Below the pieces are notes generated by a model. The model searched no databases, was not told where the DNA came from, and saw only the letters and a program-made list of their open reading frames with translations. Shown in pieces: positions 21,731 through 31,744 of a stretch of 36,752 bases of DNA. Origin of the DNA: Octopus bimaculoides (lineage: Eukaryota). Every line of letters begins with the position of its first letter. The stretch's first letter is position 1. A program made the translations under genes and the position numbers. The stretch is from contig NC_068985.1 of NCBI RefSeq assembly GCF_001194135.2, positions 102,077,061 to 102,113,812 of the forward strand, in the 5' to 3' direction.

Positions 21731-23623
21731 ACACCATCTGAAATGTAATTCTCTTATAACATTCTCTCCGTAACGTTTTATCAGTTTGTTTACTTTATAA
21801 TTAATTATTTTTTACAAGGTTGTCTTGGCGTATTTTCTAATCCGATTGTCACAACAATTGCTCATGTAAATCCAGGTGCTGTCTGTACTTGAATTTCTAG
21901 TTGTTTATTGTCAGCAGCAAAAACTAATTAACTTCGTTTTTAAAAATAATGTCAGCACACTAGAAATCCTCGCTGGTCTTAGGCTAGTATGAGTTATAAA
22001 AATTATGTTTATTTCTCCAGCTAAAGTCGGCTAAAAATGTTGCTTTTATTTTCCTGAGGTGACCGCCGAATAAGTTATCACGTTGCTTTAAACATAAAAC
22101 TATTTATTATGCTAGTACGTAATATTATGTATATANNNNNNNNNNNNNNNNNNNNNNNNNNNNNNNNNNNNNNNNNNNNATATATATATATATAAATATG
22201 TATGTATATATATTTTAATGACCCGTTTGATGTTGATGAAGTAGTGAGTAAAAAGAAGCTATATTTCTATTCTTTCCTTTTTAAACAGATCCAGTTGTCC
22301 TTTATCACGACCTAAATTTATCTTCGACAACAATAAATCCAAAACTGTCTTTTGCAGTGAATGTGAAGAGAGGGAGCGATGCCAATCACTCAAAATCACC
22401 CCTAAAATCTAATGCTTCAACACAAAAAGCAACAAGACAAAATAAGAGTAAATAATAAAATAACAAGAAACACACCATCACCAAGAAACGTAAATAGACT
22501 GAAAACAACAACCATAACAAGCAACTTATTGCTTACCATTAATGTGAAATATGCATCGTATGCAAACGCATTACAAAACTGGATTGAACAGTAAATTAAT
22601 GACAGCATGGGGTTCAAGGTAAAAACATTGGAGCCAACCTGATCATAATTCATTAAACAGGAAGACAAAAGAAAGAGAATTTCGAAGGAAAGAATATAAA
22701 CCCAAAAAGTAGAACTAGCCGGAAATTGAATGAAGGGTACGTAGGCGTCAATATAGCATGTGAAAACATGAGTTCACAATGGGAAGATAAAATCTAGGAA
22801 GTTCTGTCTAATTTAAACATCTAGTACACAAAACGTGCACACGTCATCAGCGAAACAAAATGCAGATGCACATGAGAAGTTTTCAGAAATTCCTGTATCG
22901 CTGACACTTGCTGTATCTGTGAATAGAAACTTTAAACAATTAACCTTGCTTACAAACTGATTCCTGGTTAGGTATATTTACATCTCCTGATATAAGTGTA
23001 CTGCAAAGAACAGAAGTAGAGATTAGCTAAATTTGTCTGGAAACTCTAGTTTCCATCTTTGCACATTGCAGAAACTGCTGTGCTACATTCTGTCTAAGAA
23101 TTCAATTCCTTTCTACGGGACAAACGCTCTCTGTAAGTTTAGTTTGGTATACTGTGAGAATGGAAACAGAAATACACGGTGAGGTTGAGCACCTACAGGA
23201 CTTCTGCCAGATAACATCTACGGCACATATTGTGAGGCTTGCCAGAGAATGCCTCGAAAGAAGCTGCATACTAAAAGAGTACATTGAAATATGCTACTGT
23301 TCTGTGTTACATCAACTGAAGAATAGGACTCGCTTTGTGATAATTTTCTGTTCACTTTTACCATTCAAAATTCAGAATCTTTAGCATATTCGGAAGGACA
23401 ATATGACGGTGTTATGCATAAAACCAGTTATCTGAAACTCAACAAAATTAATTTCTTTGGTTATTTATAAAAATATTTTGTACAATCTTCATATAGTTGC
23501 TTAACATATTACTTGGTCTCAAAAGTATCCTTGATTATTCTGTTTTAATAATTATTCGTTAAATTACGAAATTTTCCTGTTGCTGTATCTTCATTTTAAT
23601 CTACTGCTCAAACTTGCATGAAA

Positions 23624-23900
23624 TGGCAATCCTGTGTGCAATATTGGCAACCTTGTGTGCAGATTTGCAGAAAATGACAATCATGTATGCAATATTGGCA
23701 GAAGATTTGGACAGAAAAATGTTCTGAAACAGACGAAGCCAATGTATTAGATTTGCGCACAATGTTTCGCAGTTGGGGATTTTGAGATCCTTGGTCGCAT
23801 CTTACGAGTTCTCAATAAGACAAAACAATTAATCGAGTCACAGACTTTCTATTTTAAGATAACGTTGAAAGTGATCCGAAAAGATACTCTTCCAAGCGAG
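23624..23900 (+). pseudogene. Possible decayed THAP zinc-finger domain (DNA-transposon derived)
   Basis: Frame reads CNIGRRF...KP MY*ICAQCFAVGDFE...IRKDTLPS, resembling the THAP layout W..P..RICSxHF..DF..LKxDAVPT; key His absent and a stop present. Confidence 0.3.
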
Positions 23901-25433
23901 TTGAGAGAAATGCGCTCAAAAGAATCTCTATTCGGAGAGGAAAAGAAGAACTTCGATCCATTACGAACACTACATTTTAGAACTCTTCAGTTTTCAGTCA
24001 GTAACATTCTGGTTTTATGTAGGTTTATTCACATTTAAGTGAATGAATAAGCAGTTTCAATCTTCCATTGTATTTGAATTTGTTTGCAAACATTTCTAAT
24101 GTATAATAGTAATGTCAGGAGCAAAATTCCCAAGAGTTTTTCTTCTGATGGAAGTAATTATCATTTACTACATGACACTGAGATTGGAGACACAAACTCC
24201 CAAAACAGAAAAATAAAAAAAGAAACCCAATCATAAATTCATAACTAAAAATTATTAAGAAAATATTTTTTTTGCTCTTAGAATTATAGAACTCATGAGT
24301 GGCTTTCTGAAGGGTGAAGTGCCTGGATCATGAAAATGTCATTTTGCAGGATATTAAGGAGAGTCATTCAGAAAGTACCAGCCCATCCTAATGGTACAAT
24401 GTTGTTCACGCTGTATCTGACATTTTCAATGATGTCAACTACGCAATAGATATTTTCTGTTCCCTTGCTGACAATGCTGTCCTTCCTTACATTGCTGTAC
24501 TTCCTTACAATTTATAGCTGAATGTAGGCGCGCTGATTACCATATATACACAATTTGAAAGCACAAAGACTGCAATGTTACGAAATTAGCCGTCAAAACC
24601 CTTATTCTTATAGTATTCAGCGCCACTATTATAACTGGTTGTGCTAAGAGAAATGATCTCAATCCACGTTTTCCACAAAACTCATTAGATATGCAATTTC
24701 CGATCAAATCCCTTCAGTTTCCACAGTTACACATTTTTCCCAAAAGGATCAGTAATCCCAGAGAGAGTTCGTCCCGATCGCTGAAGTTGAAGCGACACAT
24801 TCATGTTCCTCTCGAGATTAGTTTTATGTTTCATGTTCATTAGTTGAAGTAAGCAGGATTTTTTTCATTAGACCACCCTAAATTACAACAAATTTATAAA
24901 TGGTATACCTCAGTAAAAACAAAAAGAAATTGCCGAATAAAACATATATTTAATAGAAATAATTATGATGAAAACTGGTAAAATATTTGTGATAGAATAA
25001 TTACGATAAAATAATTGTAATAAAAATGTAATAGTAATATTTCCTTAAGACACAAAATTAGAATTATCCTTAAACATATTTCATCGATAATTTACACATT
25101 TTAGAAAACTGGGTAAAACTGGATAATAGAATTACGTTTACGTTACTATAAGAATATATGCAATTACATTGAGAAAAGTACAATAAGCACTGCCGAATAC
25201 ATCTGGCTAAAGGTTAACTCATAGCAAAAGAAGTATATTCTACACATTCACTACCTTGGCAGCGCTAGATAACCCTGCAAACATACAGGTGTGGTGATGA
25301 GAGTGATGTATGTGTGGTATGTTGAGAAGAGGTGAGATCCTTACAATATATATATATGTATGTATATATAACCGAGTTAGAAAACAAAGAGATCTGATGA
25401 ATACAAATTAATTTATTAATTACTTAACATATT

Positions 25434-25534
25434 CACCTACAATTGTTTCATTTCACAAACAAAATTAAAATTGCAAAACATGTAAATATATAATTTTGCA
25501 TTTTAAATACCTTGTATGGAAAATCATCAGGGTG
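25434..25534 (-). ncRNA. Candidate type I minimal hammerhead ribozyme (PLE-type)
   Basis: Minus strand: CACC-CTGATGA-TTTTC-CATACAA...TTGTTTG-T-GAAAT-GAAAC-AATT-GTA-GGTG. Full core, stem I CACC/GGTG, long stem II (first pair U.U), 2-bp stem III with palindromic loop, GUA cleavage triplet. Confidence 0.6.
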
Positions 25535-25616
25535 TACAAAGGACAGTAAGGATTACATTAGGATATATTCTAAGCATTTCAAACGTATCCTACTGGAATC
25601 TTCATTGTCCTTTGTA

Positions 25617-25694
25617 CACCCTGATTAGTTTCCATACATTTATATATGTTTTGTAGTTCAGATTTTGTTTGTGAAATAAACCAACTGTAGATGA
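25617..25694 (+). ncRNA. Mutated (probably inactive) hammerhead copy in the right arm
   Basis: CACC-CTGATTA-GTTTC-CATACA...TGT-GAAAT-AAACC-AACT-GTA-GATG; core substitutions at G8, G12 and A15.1. Confidence 0.5.
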
Positions 25695-26122
25695 ATATGT
25701 TAAGTAATTAATAAATTAATTTGTAGCCATTAGATCTCTGTGTTTTCTAACTCGATAATAATGTTTGATATTTTACAATATATTATATAATATATTCATT
25801 GAAGAAATATCACTTCGAAATATAATATATTAAACCAGTTTATCTTGGATAAAATATCCCTATAAGTGATTTAAATATCCTCNNNNNNNNNNNNNNNNNN
25901 NNNNNNNNNNNNNNNNNNNNNNNNNNNNNNNNNNNNNNNNNNNNNNNNNNNNNNNNNNNNNNNNNNNNNNNNNNNNATATAAATTTATATAAGGGCATTA
26001 CTATACATGAATGCCTCCCGCTAAGAGGGACTCTAAAATCGAACTACCATAATAAACACATTTTTACTGAACGCGTGGGAATGCAATTCTCAAAGCTAAC
26101 CCCCTTAAAACTTTTAACTTAA

Positions 26123-26182
26123 CGATAAATCATGGTTTCGTAATCAACGCAGTAATCTGCATCTTTTATTCATCAGTACACG
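26123..26182 (-). ncRNA. Degenerate hammerhead-like motif
   Basis: CGTGTA-CTGATGA-ATAAAAGATGCAG-ATTA-CTGCGTTGATTAC-GAAAC-CATG-ATT-TATCG; intact CUGAUGA and GAAAC, partly decayed stems. Confidence 0.4.
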
Positions 26183-26419
26183 TATGGTCAAGACACATAA
26201 AAGCAAACAAAACTCAACAAACCAGACGAACACTTCATGTATTCAGCATAGTACATAGATAATCGTTTATCTCTATATATCCATGAAAGAGGCGGGCTTT
26301 TTTCAATTAAATCTCGGTACATGTGTTTTTACAGACCAAATTCAGCACTGAATATATTCTAATTATTTATAATTCAATAATAAGATAAAGTCTTTGTAAG
26401 AATTTATCAAGTAGTTAGC

Positions 26420-28136
26420 GTGAAAAAACCTCGTTTTTACAAGTGTTACGATTTTGAACTTTTACAAGTGTTACAATGTTTTCGAACTTTCTGCTTGAGG
26501 AAAACTTGTAATATCACGGCTATAGGCTGGCTATATACTTTTCCATGCACCATTGAAGGTTTCTCATTGAAGGTTTCTCTTCATTCCATGATTCAGCTAT
26601 ATTATCCACAGTAACCAATAGGTCGAATTTCTTCCAGAAATCTGTAACTGTATGTTTATCCTTCCTGTCATTTGCTTTCATTTGTTTGAAAATTCTTATC
26701 ATATTAATACAATATGCTTTGAAGTTAACCATCGCACTCTGATTCATTGACTGGAGTAAAGAAGATGTTGGTGGGGGAATATATTCTACTCTCACATTAT
26801 CAGAAACGTCAACTAAGTTCGCTGTGTGACTCAGTGCATCGTTTAAAAGGAAAACTCTGCTGGAATTATTATCTGCCACTGTACCTTTCTGCGACAGGAC
26901 AAAAAGTGTTTGTAAACTAATCTTTGAAAAGGCTCTTAGGCATCCACGCCTTCCTATTTGAACGTCAAATCAAAGGTAGGTTACTCTGTATGTAACCTAC
27001 CTTTGATTTTCAAAGAACCTTGATTTTCGGAGTGATACACGAGTAGGGAGCTTTAATTTCATATCCCTTACGAAATTTCTACTTATAAGAAATGTCACGC
27101 GATTTTGGGAAACCTTAAAGCCTGATATTCCAGCAGTCATGCATTTCCAGAAATGTGCAGTTTCATCATCAACATCGTATACCTACTCTGATGAGTTCCC
27201 TTTCAGGAATCATTATCTTCACATGCTCAGGATAATTAGTAGTAGCTTCTCTATAAGCGTTCGCAGTTTCACGAGTTTTTCTGCTGTGCAAATTTATGCG
27301 CCTCTTAAACATTTCAAATTAGGCTTTACTAACCAAAAAATGGTTTTTCATAAAAAAGTTTCCCCTTCCTTTTTCTGTAAATTGTCATTGAAACATTTAG
27401 TTTCTTTTTAATAATTCTCATATCTACCGTGTGGAGGCGCAATGGGCAAGTGGTTAGGGCAGTGGACTCGCGGTCATAGGATCGCGGTTTCGATTCCCAG
27501 ACCGTACGTTGTGAGTGTTTATTGAGTGAAAACACCTAGAAGCTCCTCGAGGCTCCAGCAGGGGATAGTGGCGAACCCTGCTGCACTCTATCACCACAAC
27601 TTTCTCTCACTCTTCCTGTTTCTGCTGTGCCTGTAATTCAAAGGGTCAGCCTTGTCACACTGTGTCACGCTGAATATCCCCGAGAACTACGTTAAGGGTA
27701 CACGTGTCTGTGGAGTGCTCAGCCACTTGTACGTTAATTTCACGAGCAGGCTGTTCCGTTGATCGGATCAACTGGAACCCTCGACGTCGTAAGCGACGGA
27801 GTGCCAACAACATGTCTACCTACACATTACGCTACTACTGATTCTCGATCCATACTCTCAAGAGTCGTTCTGTTTTAAGCATTACATCAGATCTACGGCA
27901 AAATAAGTCCCGGGAATTAATGGGGTAGCTTCCTGTACACATGATATCATTTTCACTCTGTTATCACGTATTTCTCCCTCGGTACACTTTACAAGATTTA
28001 ATATATTGCCAATATAAATTAGTTTTCCTCCCGCATGAAAAAATTTTAAAACATCAAGTTTAACATCCGGTGTAATCCATTTACGAATCCTTTTCGCACT
28101 AGCGCCTTCAGTTCTTCTTGATGTCTTTCGAGACAA
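26420..28136 (-). pseudogene. Decayed pogo/Tigger-family DNA transposon (HTH-psq, CENP-B-type HTH, DDE_1 domain), interrupted by a SINE
   Basis: Minus strand: MSRK...KRIRKWITPDVKLDVLK (28136 down), RLLRVWIENQ, FEMFKRRINLH, VYDVDDETAHFWK (cf. FNxDETGLFWK), SNRKAWM, RVFLLNDALSH...YIPPPTSSLLQSMNQ...FKAY...DFWKKF (cf. LLLDNAxxH, FLPPNTTSLIQPMDQ). Many stops and frameshifts; possible 3' TIR remnant near 26420 (GTGAAAAAACCTCG). Confidence 0.93.
27429..27810 (+). mobile_element. tRNA-derived SINE family A, full length, with 10-bp TSD
   Basis: GTGTGGAGGCGCAATGG...GTTTCGATTCCC head; flanked by CATATCTACC (27419-27428) and CATGTCTACC (27811-27820). Confidence 0.95.
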
Positions 28137-28387
28137 TGATTAATTAATCACAACAACTATGTAGTGAAAAGAAAAATGGCCTCGGTGAGATCTGTTTCGT
28201 GAGAGCGGAAAATAGCCTTATTTCTATGGATGTAATAATGAAAGTGAGAGGAAAACGTAAGGGTTCGAGGAGGAGAAAGTACAATATAATTACTGTTAGC
28301 AGAAGGATCATCAGATTTTATAGGCACTTCTTACTTGAGACATAACTCCCCCCACACTTACACACAATCAAACATACACACACTCAT

Positions 28388-29198
28388 ACGCACTGAGAAT
28401 GCATGGACAGTTTGGAAGGAATACACAGGACGTTGAGGATAATACAGCATCGTCAACATGGCTTGAGCGAGGTGATTTGAAGCGTAGCACCGAAAGCCTG
28501 ATCATTGCTGCAAATGACCAGGCTCTCGCAACAAATTCAGTGAAGTATAACATCTATAAAACTTCTGACACCCAGAAATGGGGAAAGAGTGTGGAAAATG
28601 TGATCGACTTGTTAAGTGGATGTGAGAGTCTTGCACACAAAAAATACAAGCACCGCCACGATAGAGTGTGTGTGTGTGTATCTCCATTGACTCTTATGCC
28701 GTAAAAACCAATATGAAATAACAGAGAACTGGTATGAGCATGTACCAAGTAAAGTAATGCAGGAGGATGGAAAAGTAACGATACTCTGGGACTATGATTT
28801 TCAGTAGGATCATGTAATCGAACACCGTCAGCCGGATAGTGTCATATTGAAGAAGATCGACAGATCATTGATGTAGCCATACCAAATGACATGAATGTTC
28901 AGAATAAAGAGGTTGAAAAAATCACCAAGTACTCCGAATTGAAAGTGGAAATATCAAGATGCGAGAGCATAATGTAAAAGTGATCGGAGTGGTGATCGGA
29001 GCGTTGGGCTCAGTCCCATTGAAACTTCAAGACTTCTTAAGGCAATTGAAATCCCATGTAAAATTGATGTCTTTCAAAAAGCAGCCTTATTAGGCACAGC
29101 GCACATCTTTAGGAAAGTATCATCTGTCTGAGGTCCTTGTTGTGGCTTGACAGGTGAATAAAGACTCCGATGCATTTTTACCTACACATTTACGAAGG

Positions 29199-29273
<75 letters not shown>
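28388..29273 (+). mobile_element. 5'-truncated RLE non-LTR retrotransposon (R4/Dong-like): CCHC knuckle, restriction-like endonuclease, 3' UTR, (TAA)n
   Basis: MHGQF..W L.RGDLKRSTESLIIAANDQALAT..SGCESLAHKKYKHRHDRV; then TILWDYDFQ*DHVIEHRQPD, IDVAIPND..KEVEKITKYSELK, VIGALG, QKAALLGTAHIFRKV; ends in about 24 TAA units (29201-29273). Confidence 0.92.
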
Positions 29274-29274
<1 letters not shown>

Positions 29275-29544
29275 TAGGTTTATATAATACAATAATTATA
29301 TACAATAATGATATTGTATATATAATTTACAAGTATATATGATATATTTTAATTTTATATTTTGTTTGTAAGGTTCTTGTGAATTCGTGTGTGAAAGCAA
29401 AAACCTTTGTTGTATTTTGGGAGGGACATTACGCCAATAATAAGAAACACATGCAGTGGTTCAATATCATGCCTTTATTGTTAGTCAATGCAGAGCATGT
29501 TATTGAGATGGTCACGAATAGCTACGAAAGGACTCTAGCAAGCA

Positions 29545-29848
29545 AACAAAAGACTGAGTGTTTAGCTAACACATTAAACATGCGAAAGAATAGTTAGTTG
29601 GTTAGATTTGCAACACCCGGAACTGAGAAAAACTTTGCACATGTGCGTGCAGTTGTGAGGTGAAATCGTCGAATCACCATCCGTGAGTTATCAAATGATG
29701 TGCAGATTAGTTACGGCTCAGTTCAGTTCCTTATCAGTGAAGATTTCGGTATGAGAAGTGCCGAAACTGTTTTCAGCTGACCAAAAACACATTCGAGTTT
29801 CAGTTGTAAAAGATCTCCTTGTTTGTGTCGAGAACGATGAAAACTTTT
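29545..29848 (+). pseudogene. Mariner transposase fragment (approx. residues 40-140)
   Basis: GRFATPGTEKNFAHVRAVVR*NRRITIRELSNDVQISYGSVQFLISEDFGMR...PKL..DQKHIRVSVVKDLLVCVENDENFLK matches the mariner second HTH and linker. Confidence 0.85.
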
Positions 29849-30092
29849 TGAAAACTTTCCGTTGGCCTCTGAGCAGGTTTTGCTAAGTTTGTGTCAAAAC
29901 TTGATGCAGATTCTCCGCTCAACTTTCTGTCATGGTCAATGCGACGATCACACACTACACACCTTCCAAGCACTTAGTTAAAACTTAGTGCGCATGTAGA
30001 ACAGACTTCAAGGTCAGTTTGCGCCAAGCAGCTTCACTCTGCATGCTTTAGCTTCGTCATTATGGCAACAGTCAGTATACTTATTGATCACG
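29848..30092 (-). mobile_element. Mariner 5' end (TIR remnant, leader, first approx. 27 codons) in opposite orientation
   Basis: TA at 30093-30094 then CGTGATCAATAAGTATACTGACTG; ATG at 29933: MTE(K)VERRICIKF*HKLSKTCSE (cf. EQRxCIKFCxKLGK). Confidence 0.72.
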
Positions 30093-31482
30093 TATTTGCT
30101 ATTCAGCGTGGTTGCACAGTCATGGTTTTGAATGTACCTGTGCTTATCTATTAGTGTTTGTTCGTGAGTGCGTGTGTGCGAGCGTGTGTGTGCATTCTTG
30201 TATGTACACTTTTGAATGTCTCTGTACTGGGGTGAGTTGTTCCACGTATATTTATTTATTATCAGTGAATTATCGCGGAACTTCAAGTGTTTAAGCCAAG
30301 AGCTCTGTGTTATCACTACGCATACGTACATACANNNNNNNNNNNNNNNNNTATATATATAAAGATACTCATACATACATACATACATACATACATACAG
30401 TTGTTTGTATATATTATGCACATACATACCAACATATTTCGTCTAATAAGTACAGCACCCAGGAAAGAAGACAACAGATGTATGTTGCTTCCTGTATTTC
30501 GCTGCACTAATAGTTTTCTTAAATAATTTGTACTTAGAAATCTCTTTTTAATTCATATATGATATACGCTGTGATATAAGAGGTCTGTCAGTGCATTCTC
30601 TTACAGGGGATAATAACAGAACAGTTGCTTTCATTTATTTTCTTTTCCTACGTCAAAATCAGTGTTGAACTCTGTGTATTTTATATAAATGGCTGTGTGT
30701 TTGAGCTCCTGGAAATGATTTAAATATTTAAGTCAAATCAATTTAGGCAATATGAACATTCATCTATTTATACTTAGATGCGTATATATATATATATATA
30801 TATATACATACATACATTGGTATGCTAGTACTATGCTATACATACGCCTGCTGGGTTCGGCTCCTCTGCAATGATAAGGGGCAAATACCCTGAAACTAGT
30901 TATAACCCTGTTCGAATGTTATAATGGACACAGGTTCGTGTGTCACATAGCTAGCTAGAGGCGATGGACTCTTGTAGCTAATCAACGGCAGCATTCGTCC
31001 AATTTTTTGGGACTGCCATGTTAGCTTGGCAATAACTATTAATACCCAGTACCGCTGCCGTAGTCTCCTTTAGAGAAACTTAGAAATATATATAAAGAGA
31101 GAGAGAGAGAGACAGTGAGTCGCTACTGCGTTGGTGTGCTTATGCCAGCTAGCCCACCTGAGCGTGTTCATTGCCTGGGATTTATAATGCACTAAGGCGT
31201 CTTCCATACCAACAAGTGCGTTGCGATACATACATACATATAGTATTTCTTTTTATGTACACACAAACACTCATACACACATGTACACACACTCACCCAG
31301 ATACTCACACGCACGCACGCACACACATGCACTTATTCACACCCAAGGCTTAGTAAGGAATGTTTTGCATTGCACTTTCGGTGAGTCAGAAAGTGTTGTA
31401 AGGATTGTATGTCTTGCTTTGTATTATCACACTCAACATTCGCCCTTGTGGCGAATAAAAGAAATTACTCTTATTATTATTA

Positions 31483-31545
31483 ATCAGTTCAAATTTTGCC
31501 GCGGTCGACTTTACTTTGTATCCTTTACCGGATCGATAAAATATG
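31483..31545 (+). mobile_element. SINE family B central fragment
   Basis: GTTCAAATTTTGCCGCGGTCGACTTTACTTTGTATCCTTT..GATCGATAAAAT. Confidence 0.6.
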
Positions 31546-31618
31546 CTGCACTCTGGGGACGATATAATAAGCTAGACCCTAGCTTATTAAAGAAGAATTA
31601 TTACTGTTAATGTTAAAG

Positions 31619-31744
31619 TGCCGAGTTGGCAGAGTTGTTAACATGCTGGACGAAATGCTTCGCGGTATTTCGTCTGCCGCTACGTTCTGAGTTCAAATTC
31701 CGCCGAGGTTGATTTTACTTTTCATCCTTTCGAGGTCAATAAAT
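31619..31744 (+). mobile_element. SINE family B, 3'-truncated
   Basis: GAGTTGGCAGAGTTGTTAACATGCTGGACGAAATGC...CTACGTTCTGAGTTCAAATTCCGCCGAGG...TCATCCTTTCGAGGTCAATAAATT. Confidence 0.85.

Larger units (their letters stand above)
25373..25754. mobile_element. 382-bp palindromic element made of two inverted PLE-type terminal repeats
   Basis: CGAGTTAGAAAACAAAGAGATCTGATGAATACAAATTAATTTATTAATTACTTAACATATTCA... on the left pairs with its near-exact reverse complement on the right; central loop about 25567-25584; right arm has a deletion of about 20-25 nt. Confidence 0.85.

Noticed and set aside
27188-27194. Other CTGATGA heptamers (27188 plus; 12808, 22844, 28308 minus; 25394 plus)
   Set aside because: No stem II-GAAA-NUH arrangement follows; expected by chance.
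29120-29342. Poly-Asn and poly-Leu ORFs
   Set aside because: Translation of the (TAA)n tail of the R4/Dong-like element.
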